DNA of 64,000 nt from Alphaproteobacteria bacterium (GTDB lineage: Bacteria; Pseudomonadota; Alphaproteobacteria; Methylaequorales; Methylaequoraceae): NCBI GenBank assembly GCA_045563055.1, contig JBJKUR010000012.1, positions 22,859 to 86,858 of the forward strand, read 5' to 3'. A model generated the notes under the pieces. That model was not told the DNA's origin. It made no database searches and saw nothing but the letters and a program-made list of their open reading frames with translations. The position numbers were made by a program, and so were the translations under genes. Below are positions 1 to 8,597 of this stretch, one piece after another (the stretch's first letter is position 1; each line of letters starts with the position of its first letter).

Positions 1-304
1 CTGTGACTGCAAATTTTTTCTCTATATTATTTGGAAATATTATTGAACAAATCTTACTAATAAAAAACCTCACATCATTAACTTTAATAAAAATTATATT
101 TCCACTCTTTTTGAAATTCCTATCTACGAATGAATTTTTTGATATTACGACCACTAGATTCTTAATGTGCTGTAAATCAGCTACAAAGTCCTCACCATTT
201 TGTTTATTACCTTTTATTGCTCCAAAAATATAATTGTCTTTTACAGACTTTGAGTGAATAGAAAGACCTTTGATATTAAAATCTAAATTTTCTGAAACTT
301 CCAT
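1..304 (-). CDS. murE: UDP-N-acetylmuramoyl-tripeptide synthetase MurE, N-terminal part (runs off the window)
   Basis: This minus-strand ORF is not in the track and starts with ATG at 304. It reads MEVSENLDFNIKGLSIHSKSVKDNYIFGAIKGNKQNGEDF...EKKFAVT, which resembles a MurE N-terminus up to the start of the GTNGK P-loop. It lies directly downstream of ftsI, as in dcw clusters. Confidence 0.6.
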   Translation of the reverse strand, partial: MEVSENLDFNIKGLSIHSKSVKDNYIFGAIKGNKQNGEDFVADLQHIKNLVVVISKNSFVDRNFKKSGNIIFIKVNDVRFFISKICSIIFPNNIEKKFAVT

Positions 305-329
305 TTTAAAGTCACAGGCTTTTAGAATC

Positions 330-2018
330 TTATTTAATTTCATTTTTAACGCTTTTTATATATTTATTATGATAAATAATTGGGGAAATTTTTTTTACAA
401 TTCTGGAGAATGTTGGAGCTGCCGTATTTCCTCCAGTGTTGTCAAATTTTCCATAAATATTTCTTTTGGGTTCATCAAATAAGACAAATGTTAGATAATT
501 TGGTTGTTCGGCTGGAAATACTCCTATAAATGATGTTATGACTTTATTTTCTGAATAATTTCCAAGTTCAACTTTTTTTGAAGTCCCGGTTTTCCCCCCA
601 ACTGATATTCCGTCAACTAATGCTAGCTTTCCAGTTCCTTTATTGACAATTTTTGTGATTAGCTTATTTATTTTTATTGAGGTGTCTGAAGACAATATTT
701 TATCTGTTTTTTCAATTATATTTGATGAAATTATTTTAGGTTTGATTTTATATCCACCATTAACCAAAGTTGAAAATGCAGTTACCAAACTGATAGGAGA
801 AACAGAAATACCATAACCATAACTAATAAATTTTGAGTGAGCTTCCCAATTTTCAGGCAATTTATTAGAAACAACATTTAAACCTTCAATTTCAAGTTTC
901 TGAGTTAACCCAATCTTATTAAAAAATAATTCTTGTGATTCAAAACCTATGGATTCTAAAATCTTTACACTGCCAACATTTGAAGATTTAGTAAATATTT
1001 CATCAAAATTAAGACTTTCTTTTTTAATGTGTTTGTCAGATATATTTTTAATATTGTTAATTTGATATCCATTAGAAATATCAAACGACTCATTTAAAAT
1101 ATTTAAATTCAATTCGTATGCCATTGCAGCATTAAATATTTTTAAAGTTGAACCCATTTCGTATCTTGCTTCCGTTGCTAGATTATTCTCACTATTAGGT
1201 AGAATCTCATTAGGATAGTTAGGGTTAAAATCAGGGAGAGAAACAATAGAGTGTATTTCTCCACTATGAACATCCATAACAATAGCTAATGCAGACTTTG
1301 CCTCGTAAAATTCTATGCTTTTTGATAATTCGTCTCTAACAATATTTTGAATTCTAAGGTCAAGTGTTAATTTAATATCATGCCCTTTTTTTAAATATTC
1401 ATCAAAATTTTTTTCCAACTTACTACTCAAATTTTCAGTTTTTAGACCTGTTAAATGAGAAAAAATATTATGCTGTGGATAAACTCTTTTATTAGATTTA
1501 TGAAGTTTTATTGCTGGATCTCCCAGCATTTTAATTTTATTAAGATTTGATAATGAAATATCTCTAACAACTAAATGATATTGATTTTTATTAAATATTC
1601 TTTCAAAAAAGTATGGGTCTTTTTCAATAAATATTTGTTTTAAATCTTTTTTTAGTTTTTTTCGGTCTAACGAACTTTTAGGATCTAAATAAAAATCTTT
1701 AGTCTCCAACGAAGTGGCTACTATTTCATTGTGCTTATCTAAAATCTTACCTCTTTTCTTCCTAATCTCAGAAAGATTTGAGTTTTGTTTGCCGTCGTTA
1801 TTAAATGATGTGTTTATTAAATTAAAAGAAATAAATAATATAAATGAAGTTGTTATTAAAAACACCAACAGATTAAATGTTTTAGCAAACTTTACATTTT
1901 TTTCTTTATTAGCATTAATTAAAATATCATTTTTATCATTAAATTGTAATTTGCGAGACCCGGTAAACTGCTTGTTAGGTTTTACATTATCGTATGTGAT
2001 ATTTTCACTTTCAGGCAT
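330..2018 (-). CDS. ftsI: Peptidoglycan D,D-transpeptidase FtsI (PBP3)
   Basis: It has an N-terminal TM segment and the transpeptidase motifs SxxK (GSTLK), SxN (SSN) and KTG (GKTGTS). It starts directly after the ftsL stop. Confidence 0.85.
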   Translation of the reverse strand: MPESENITYDNVKPNKQFTGSRKLQFNDKNDILINANKEKNVKFAKTFNLLVFLITTSFILFISFNLINTSFNNDGKQNSNLSEIRKKRGKILDKHNEIVATSLETKDFYLDPKSSLDRKKLKKDLKQIFIEKDPYFFERIFNKNQYHLVVRDISLSNLNKIKMLGDPAIKLHKSNKRVYPQHNIFSHLTGLKTENLSSKLEKNFDEYLKKGHDIKLTLDLRIQNIVRDELSKSIEFYEAKSALAIVMDVHSGEIHSIVSLPDFNPNYPNEILPNSENNLATEARYEMGSTLKIFNAAMAYELNLNILNESFDISNGYQINNIKNISDKHIKKESLNFDEIFTKSSNVGSVKILESIGFESQELFFNKIGLTQKLEIEGLNVVSNKLPENWEAHSKFISYGYGISVSPISLVTAFSTLVNGGYKIKPKIISSNIIEKTDKILSSDTSIKINKLITKIVNKGTGKLALVDGISVGGKTGTSKKVELGNYSENKVITSFIGVFPAEQPNYLTFVLFDEPKRNIYGKFDNTGGNTAAPTFSRIVKKISPIIYHNKYIKSVKNEIK

Positions 2019-2270
2019 TTACTCTATTCTCTTTATTATGTCTGATTGCAGAATAGGTGACAATTGAAAATTTTCTTCATTAATTTTTTTTAATTGCTGT
2101 GGCCTTGTCGAATACGAGATATCTGCTTGTTTCTTTTCTATTTTCTCATGCACCTCATTTATTTGAGATTTTATTATCTTCAATTTTCCTTCTTGATTGG
2201 CTACAATCAATTTTATGGATATTGTCAAGAGAATCGCTCCAAATATTATTAAAAAACTTAAAAACTTCAT
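2019..2270 (-). CDS. ftsL: Cell division protein FtsL
   Basis: It is an 83-aa bitopic protein with an N-terminal TM helix and a coiled-coil region. It sits between rsmH and ftsI, and its start forms an ATGA overlap with the rsmH stop. Confidence 0.6.
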   Translation of the reverse strand: MKFLSFLIIFGAILLTISIKLIVANQEGKLKIIKSQINEVHEKIEKKQADISYSTRPQQLKKINEENFQLSPILQSDIIKRIE

Positions 2271-3163
2271 ATCTTTTCAGCAACCCTTAATTTAGCTGAC
2301 CTAGAGCTTGGGTTTTCTTTGATTTCTTGAGAAGACGGAGTCACGGGCTTTTTGGTAATCAATTTTAACCCATACTTTTGAGAGTTATCTTTCTTTTGAT
2401 TAGTCCTAAAAAAATTTTTAATTATCTTATCTTCAAGAGAATGAAATGCTAAAATTACAATTCTAGAGTTAGAGTTTAATATTCTCATGCTTAATTCTAG
2501 AATTTTTTCCAGTTCATCCAGCTCATCATTAACAAATATTCGCAACGCTTGGAAAACACGAGTGCTTGGATTTTTAAATTTACTTTTATTAATTTTTGAA
2601 ATAATTTCTGAAAGTATTTTTGTAGTATTTATTCTTTTTCTTTCTCTAAACTTTATAATTGATCTTGCAATTCTTCTGGAGTTTCTTTCTTCTCCATAGT
2701 AGAAAAAAATATTGGCTAATTCCTTTTCACTGTATTCGTTTATAACTATTTCAGCGGTAAGGTTGGTTTTATGTTGATCCATTCTCATGTCAAGAGGACC
2801 GTCGTTTGAAAAAGAAAAACCACGCATTGGATTTTTTAATTGAGTATTTGATATTCCTAGGTCAATTACTATACCGTCAAAAAAACTTACACCTTTCTTG
2901 GATAAAACGCTTTCCAAGGTACTAAACTTTTCGTTTTCAAAGTTAAATCTAGATCCATATTTCTTTTTCAAAACATCTGCAAATCCTATCGATTCCTTGT
3001 CTCTATCCAATGCAAAAACATTGCAGTTTGATTCCTCTAATATTTTTTTTGAGTAACCACCTTGACCAAATGTACAATCTAAAAGATTTTTTTTTTTTTT
3101 TAAATTAAGAAAAGAAACAACCTCGTTTACCATTACAGGTACATGCGATAAATCGCTATTCAT
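2267..3163 (-). CDS. rsmH: 16S rRNA (cytosine1402-N4)-methyltransferase RsmH/MraW
   Basis: The hallmarks of the MraW family are present: HVPVM, DCTFGQGGYS, DLGISN and FHSLEDK. Confidence 0.9.
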   Translation of the reverse strand: MNSDLSHVPVMVNEVVSFLNLKKKKNLLDCTFGQGGYSKKILEESNCNVFALDRDKESIGFADVLKKKYGSRFNFENEKFSTLESVLSKKGVSFFDGIVIDLGISNTQLKNPMRGFSFSNDGPLDMRMDQHKTNLTAEIVINEYSEKELANIFFYYGEERNSRRIARSIIKFRERKRINTTKILSEIISKINKSKFKNPSTRVFQALRIFVNDELDELEKILELSMRILNSNSRIVILAFHSLEDKIIKNFFRTNQKKDNSQKYGLKLITKKPVTPSSQEIKENPSSRSAKLRVAEKI

Positions 3164-3164
3164 A

Positions 3165-4667
3165 TTAGTTAGCTTGTCTTCTTAAGAAGGCAGGTATTTG
3201 AAGTAGATCTTCATTAACTTCACTTGTTTGATCACTAGTTTCATCATCTATTGAGTTAGACAGATGAGTTTCTTGAGCAGCTCTAAAACTCTCATCTTCT
3301 ATAACAATCTTATCTTCTTTATTGTTATTTATATCTGATATTTCCTGAATTTCGTTAAGAAATATTTTTTTACTTTCTACTTCCTGTTCAGTAGTATTAG
3401 ATTGATTATCTTTATTTCCATAGCTTTTTTCTTTGTCTTTTAGTCCAAAAATCCTTCCGAAAAGAGATTTTTTTACAGTTTTATTATTTTCTGGATGTTG
3501 ATCTTTGAGTATTTTGTCTTCTTCTAAAAGATTGGCCTCAGAACTAGTTTTTAATGGTTGACGTAAATCTACAAGGAAACTTGGTTGATCCTCGTTTGTC
3601 TTTAACTCATTCTGAGTTGAAGATAAATTTTGATTGCCTTCATCGGGTTGAATGACGGTTGATATTCTCTCATTATTTATAATATTCTGATGGTAATTTT
3701 CAGAATCTATCCCTGTCGAAATGACAGAAATTTTAAACTTCCCATTATAACTATCATCTTTTTGCAGGCCCCAAATAATATTTGCATTTTCATCTGCTTC
3801 TTCTCTAATTTTATTATTTGCTAAGTCAATATCTTGTAATGTAGTGTCATTACCGCAAGTAATATTTATTAGTACTCCCTTAGCTCCAGACATTGAATTA
3901 TTTTCAAGTAGAGGGTTGGAAATAGCTTTTTCAGTTGCTTCATTAACCCTATCTTCTCCTTCAGATATTCCTGTGCCAAGGTGTACTTTTCCAGTTTCAC
4001 TCATCACACTTTTAACATCAGCAAAGTCATGGTTCATTATTCCAGGTTTGACCATTAAATCTATTATGCTGCTAACACCGTCTATTAAAACATCATTTGC
4101 TAATTGCAATGAATCAGTTACTGGGGTGTCAGGTTTTGCAACGGCAAATATATTCTGGTTTGGTATCACTATTAGATTGTCAACAAATTTTTGTAGTTCT
4201 GTTACACCTTTCTCTGCTTTTTCAATTTTCCTTTTTCCTTCCATTTGGAATGGTTTTGTAACAACACCCACTGTTAAAATATTTTTTTCTTTAGCAATCT
4301 TAGCTATAACTGGTGTGGCACCTGTACCTGTTCCTCCTCCCATGCCAGCAGTCAGGAAAACCATATTTGCATTTTCAATGTATTCTTCAATTTCTTCTAA
4401 GACTTCTTCTGCCGCCTTTTTGCCCATATCTGGGTCTCCACCAGCACCTAAACCTTGAGTACAAGAGGGACCTAATTGTAGAGTTTTTTCAACTTTGGAA
4501 TGTTTTAATTGCTGACTGTCGGTATTAACGTTTAAGAAGTCTACACCTTCGATTCCTGAGTTAATCATACTGTTAATAATATTACCGCCTGTTCCGCCTA
4601 TCCCTATTACTAAGATTCTAGGCGAGAGATTATTACTTTGAGAGGGCATTTTTAGATGAAGGGTCAT
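3165..4667 (-). CDS. ftsZ: Cell division GTPase FtsZ with a long disordered C-terminal linker
   Basis: It carries the tubulin signature GGGTGTG, the motifs VIGIGGTGGN and NTDSQ, and the conserved C-terminal peptide DLLQIPAFLRRQ. Confidence 0.95.
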   Translation of the reverse strand: MTLHLKMPSQSNNLSPRILVIGIGGTGGNIINSMINSGIEGVDFLNVNTDSQQLKHSKVEKTLQLGPSCTQGLGAGGDPDMGKKAAEEVLEEIEEYIENANMVFLTAGMGGGTGTGATPVIAKIAKEKNILTVGVVTKPFQMEGKRKIEKAEKGVTELQKFVDNLIVIPNQNIFAVAKPDTPVTDSLQLANDVLIDGVSSIIDLMVKPGIMNHDFADVKSVMSETGKVHLGTGISEGEDRVNEATEKAISNPLLENNSMSGAKGVLINITCGNDTTLQDIDLANNKIREEADENANIIWGLQKDDSYNGKFKISVISTGIDSENYHQNIINNERISTVIQPDEGNQNLSSTQNELKTNEDQPSFLVDLRQPLKTSSEANLLEEDKILKDQHPENNKTVKKSLFGRIFGLKDKEKSYGNKDNQSNTTEQEVESKKIFLNEIQEISDINNNKEDKIVIEDESFRAAQETHLSNSIDDETSDQTSEVNEDLLQIPAFLRRQAN

Positions 4668-4678
4668 ATTGTCTCCTT

Positions 4679-5137
4679 TTAATATCCTTTAGGAATTGGT
4701 TTAAGTCTTGGGTTGAGGTTGTTTTTATTGGCTATTTTAATTGTCTCCTGTTTTTTCTTGTCATAGCATTTCGGATTCCACATTTGAAAAGTTGGCCCTA
4801 ATCCCACAAACAAAACTTCATTTTTAATTTCAGCATGTTTTATTAAATTTTTTGGTAAAATAATCCTGCCTTCCTTATCAAATGCAAGTTTTTCTGCTTC
4901 TCCAAAATATAATGAAATAAGGTCAAACTCATCTTGAGTATAATTTTCACTTCTATCTAAACTTTCTGATATGTTTTCCATTCTATCAATACCACAGGCA
5001 TCAATTGATTTATTATTATAAGAGGGAAAGGCTATAAGACCATTAAATGTTTGCTTGCTGAGATTGCTTCTAAAAGAAGATGGAACAGAAACTCTGCATT
5101 TAGCATCCATTTTATTTATAGTTGTAGACAAAAACAT
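4679..5137 (-). CDS. mraZ: Transcriptional regulator MraZ
   Basis: It has two MraZ half-repeats, MDAKCRVSVPSSFR and FDKEGRIILPKNL. It is the first gene of the dcw-like operon. Confidence 0.85.
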   Translation of the reverse strand: MFLSTTINKMDAKCRVSVPSSFRSNLSKQTFNGLIAFPSYNNKSIDACGIDRMENISESLDRSENYTQDEFDLISLYFGEAEKLAFDKEGRIILPKNLIKHAEIKNEVLFVGLGPTFQMWNPKCYDKKKQETIKIANKNNLNPRLKPIPKGY

Positions 5138-5154
5138 AAATCAAATTACCCCTA

Positions 5155-5199
5155 TATGGGATATTATGGGATTTTATGGAATTTACAACCACTTTTCAA
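5155..5199 (-). promoter_or_regulatory. Candidate mraZ promoter with three 10-bp-phased MraZ-box-like repeats
   Basis: The minus strand reads TTGAAA (5199-5194), a 17-nt spacer, then TAAAAT (5176-5171). On the plus strand, TATGGGAT, TATGGGAT and TATGGAAT have their TGGG/TGGA cores at 5157, 5167 and 5177, an exact 10-bp period overlapping and downstream of the -10. Confidence 0.45.
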
Positions 5200-5220
5200 C
5201 AAAAAAATTATACAATTATA

Positions 5221-5553
5221 CTAGATGGTCTGTAAGCCGGATTCTGTACCTAAAAAGGTTGTGACTATTAATCTTGAATTGCTGTTACCAACAATCTCTA
5301 GCGTCCCACCAAACCATTGTGCAGAGCCACACTTATTAGGCTATCTTGGACTTGCTCCCAAAGGGGTTTACAATGCCATTTTTGTTGCCAAAAACGCGGT
5401 GAGCTCTTACCCCACCATTTCAACCTTACCTTAAAAGGCGGTATATTTTCTGTTGCACTTTCCCTGAGGTTGCCCTCGCCGGGAATTACCCGGCTTTGGT
5501 GCTCTGATGAGTCCGGACTTTCCTCCTTAAAAGGCAGTCACACAACCATCTAG
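5221..5553 (-). ncRNA. rnpB: RNase P RNA (bacterial type A)
   Basis: The minus strand contains GGAGGAAAGTCCGGACTC (P4 5' strand) and ACAGAATCCGGCTTACAGACC (P4 3' strand). The termini TAGATGGT and ACCATCTA pair as P1. The region is locally GC-rich, and the two plus-strand ORFs listed here are artefacts. Confidence 0.85.
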
Positions 5554-5584
5554 TAATTCAATTAAATATCCAAATGATAATAAT

Positions 5585-6304
5585 TCAAGTTTTTTTTATT
5601 TTAAGAAGATCTATTGATTTTTGTAGACTTGAAATTTGTGGAAATTTTCCAATTAATTTTGGAAAAAAATGTCTGTGAAAAGCATCAATAATAATTTGGT
5701 TTTCTTTTTTTTGTTTAAAATCAATGATGTCTGGATAACCAATTTTTTTTAAATTGTCTAAAAGTTTTTCATACTGTTCTGAGTTCAAATCTTTACTTAA
5801 AAATTTGTCTTTGTTATTGACCCATAGGCCAATATTATTTTTATCTAAAGTCTCCCAAGGAAAATATTTTCCAGGATCCTGTTTTCTAAGAGGAGCAATA
5901 TCACTATGACCTAAAACCTTGTCTTTTCGAATTTTGTATTTCAACATAAGGATGTGAATGAGTTGCATTAAGGATGAAATTTGTATCTTTGGAAATTGTT
6001 TTTTACTTTCCCCTTCATAAACAATCTCAATGCCAACTGACCTACTGTTAATATCTTCCAAACCATCCCATCCTGATATCCCAGCATGCCATGCTCTCTA
6101 GGCGTCTGGAACTATATTGTAAATATCTCCATTTTTATCTACAACGTAGTGACAACTAACTTTTCTATACCTATCTGTCAGCAACCTTACAGCATCTATA
6201 AGTGTTTTCGTTTCTGTATAATGTAAGATTATAAATGTTATACTTTCACTTCTATTGTCAAAGTTTTCAGATTTGAAATTGTATAATATATTTAGTTGAC
6301 TCAT
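5585..6304 (-). pseudogene. ampD: AmpD-type N-acetylmuramoyl-L-alanine amidase (amidase_2) interrupted by an in-frame TAG
   Basis: ORFs 6098..6304 and 5585..6061 are in the same frame. Reading through gives ...DIYNIVPDA*RAWHAGISGWDGLEDINSRSVGIEI..., so the TAG at 6098-6100 sits immediately before the family's conserved RAWHAG motif. The downstream ORF's start is a TTG that is really an internal Leu codon. Confidence 0.7.
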
Positions 6305-6330
6305 TATTAAATGTCTTTATAAAAATTATT

Positions 6331-6921
6331 ATGAAAAATTTTTTATTTGTAATCATCCCATTATTTCTTTATCCGTTCAACATATTAAAAAGTGAAGAGA
6401 AACTTTATGCTGTAAAAACGGTTTCTAACTTTCACATGAACTCCTCTTTAGATTCTCCAGTTATTTATCCGATTGATCAAGGAAAAGAAATGATTCTTTT
6501 AACAAAAGAAAATGATTGGTTAAATCTTCTTGATAATAAAACCGGTCTAATGGGTTGGTCGCTTAATGAAAACTTTTCCAAGGTTAGGCCCGAAAATATT
6601 CTTACAAAAGATTATAGTAATGCATTTAAAGTTTTTGAAGAGAGAGTTTTAGAAATGAGCAAGTCAATAAAAGAGGCAATTTCCATAGAAACATTTCTTG
6701 AAGTAAAACATCTTGGGGGTGCTGCTGCAACTATTATTGCTGATGATGAATGGTTTAAAGGAAGAAGACATGCTAATCAGGCTTTCCAAGTTTATGAACT
6801 TTGGAAAAATCAAAATCAATCGCCGTCTTTCCTGTCATTTAAAGATACTTCTGGCAATGAAAAATTTATAATTTTATCTGGTCCACACAGACCAAGATAT
6901 TTAAAGTCATCAGATAAGTGA
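6331..6921 (+). CDS. Hypothetical exported protein
   Basis: It has an N-terminal signal-like hydrophobic segment. I recognised no family motif. Confidence 0.4.
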   Translation: MKNFLFVIIPLFLYPFNILKSEEKLYAVKTVSNFHMNSSLDSPVIYPIDQGKEMILLTKENDWLNLLDNKTGLMGWSLNENFSKVRPENILTKDYSNAFKVFEERVLEMSKSIKEAISIETFLEVKHLGGAAATIIADDEWFKGRRHANQAFQVYELWKNQNQSPSFLSFKDTSGNEKFIILSGPHRPRYLKSSDK

Positions 6922-8597
6922 TAAAAAAAATTCTGAAGTTTACTTTTTTTCTAACGGCTTCACTTATTTTAGTCTTAACACTTTCCCCTTTAATTCTTTT
7001 TGATAAGAAAGATGTAGTTAAGATAATAAATCAAAAGGTTAATGAGGAATTTAATTTAAATCTAAAATTTAATGAAGATATAAAAATTAATGTCTTTCCA
7101 TTTCCTAAAATAAAAATTTTAGATGTAAATTTCATAGATAAATCACTTGGTATTGAAGTTAAGTCAGAAAGTGTAAAGTTATCATCTAATTGGAGGACTC
7201 TTCTTAAACTAAAGCCTGAAATAGAAACTATTCAAATAAATAAACCTGAAATCTTTCTTACAAAAAAAAAATCTATATCTAAGCTAACATTAGTTAAAAA
7301 TGAAACTAGAAAGATAAAGATAGAAATATTTCAAAACCTTCTAGAAAAGTTTAAAAATATTAAAATCACAAATGGGAAAGTATTTTTTTTTATCTCTGGT
7401 GATAAAAATGAGCTTGATAATTTAAATTTTTCTGTTTCAAGTGAGGATGAAATTAAGGCTGAGCTAGAGTTCAACCATGTAAAATATAATTCCCTGATCA
7501 AAATTGATGCTAGTTCTAGAGAATTAAAAAAAATCGAATACAATATAAATCAACTTTTTAGTAATAGTAATGAAATATTTGGGTCAGGAATTTTAAATGT
7601 TAAAAACGATCAATTCTTTGTAAATGGAAACTTTAATAGCCAAAAGATTGATGTAAAACAGATTTTCGAGTTAGTTTCTCAACTGAATTTTTATGATAAA
7701 AAAAAAACTCAATTAGTGAGCACTAAAATTCCATCTCTGAACTTCGACTTTAATGTGGAGTTAGCTAATGTATCGTACAATAAATTAAAATTTAAAGATG
7801 TATCATCCAATATTTTAAAAAAAAGTAATGCGATATTTATCAAGGATTTAAGACTTAAATACCTAAAGTCGATGATGAAACTTGATGGAATATATTCTTA
7901 CAGCAACAAGAATTTCAATGGTGATTTAGCAATATATGATTTTTTTTATGAATCTCCAAAAATGGAATCTGATAAAATTTACCTTACCGATGCTTACTTT
8001 GACTGTGATGTTAAATTTAGTTTTACTAATTTAGCAAATCTTCAAAATATTTTGATCAACACTAAAGCCAAAGGCGAGTGTATAAACCAAAAATCCAGAT
8101 TAATAGGTGTGGATATTTCTGATTTAGTGAAGAGGGCAGATAATATTGAAACTTTCCAAGATTTCTTCAGTTTATTTAATAAAAATAAAATCAAAGGTTC
8201 ATCTGACATAGATTCGATCTCTTTAAATTTTAGATTAAATAAAGGAATTTTTACTCTCGATAATCTTCAAGCCGAGCAGAAAAATATGAGAATAAAATCA
8301 AAAGGTAACTACTCACTTTATAATGAAAAATTTAAAATTGACAATTCAGTTTATATCAGAACGAAAAAATTTAAAAACCTTCCTGAGTTTAATATTATAA
8401 TGAACGGCAATCCTGAGGATTATAATATTTCTTACGACTTTGAAAAAGTTAAAGACGCTTTACTCTCAGATGGTATAAATTCAATCTTAAAAAAAAAGAA
8501 AAAATTGACTTTGGATCCAAGTTCTTTGCAGAAAATAATAAAAAAAAAATCGAAGGAAATTGTGCCTGAAGATATTCTTGATCTATTTTTAGATTAA
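6918..8597 (+). CDS. AsmA-family outer-membrane biogenesis protein
   Basis: It has an N-terminal anchor followed by a long, repetitive, beta-rich region rich in N and K, which resembles an AsmA N-terminus. Its GTG start overlaps the upstream stop. Confidence 0.55.
   Translation: MIKKILKFTFFLTASLILVLTLSPLILFDKKDVVKIINQKVNEEFNLNLKFNEDIKINVFPFPKIKILDVNFIDKSLGIEVKSESVKLSSNWRTLLKLKPEIETIQINKPEIFLTKKKSISKLTLVKNETRKIKIEIFQNLLEKFKNIKITNGKVFFFISGDKNELDNLNFSVSSEDEIKAELEFNHVKYNSLIKIDASSRELKKIEYNINQLFSNSNEIFGSGILNVKNDQFFVNGNFNSQKIDVKQIFELVSQLNFYDKKKTQLVSTKIPSLNFDFNVELANVSYNKLKFKDVSSNILKKSNAIFIKDLRLKYLKSMMKLDGIYSYSNKNFNGDLAIYDFFYESPKMESDKIYLTDAYFDCDVKFSFTNLANLQNILINTKAKGECINQKSRLIGVDISDLVKRADNIETFQDFFSLFNKNKIKGSSDIDSISLNFRLNKGIFTLDNLQAEQKNMRIKSKGNYSLYNEKFKIDNSVYIRTKKFKNLPEFNIIMNGNPEDYNISYDFEKVKDALLSDGINSILKKKKKLTLDPSSLQKIIKKKSKEIVPEDILDLFLD

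Noticed and set aside
3-233. A 76-aa plus-strand ORF at the window edge.
   Set aside because: It lies antisense to a convincing MurE N-terminus on the minus strand (ATG at 304). Its low-complexity I/L/F composition is typical of antisense frames in AT-rich DNA.
5225-5553. Two overlapping plus-strand ORFs (69 and 78 aa).
   Set aside because: They fall entirely within the RNase P RNA gene on the opposite strand. Their GC-rich appearance comes from the structured RNA.
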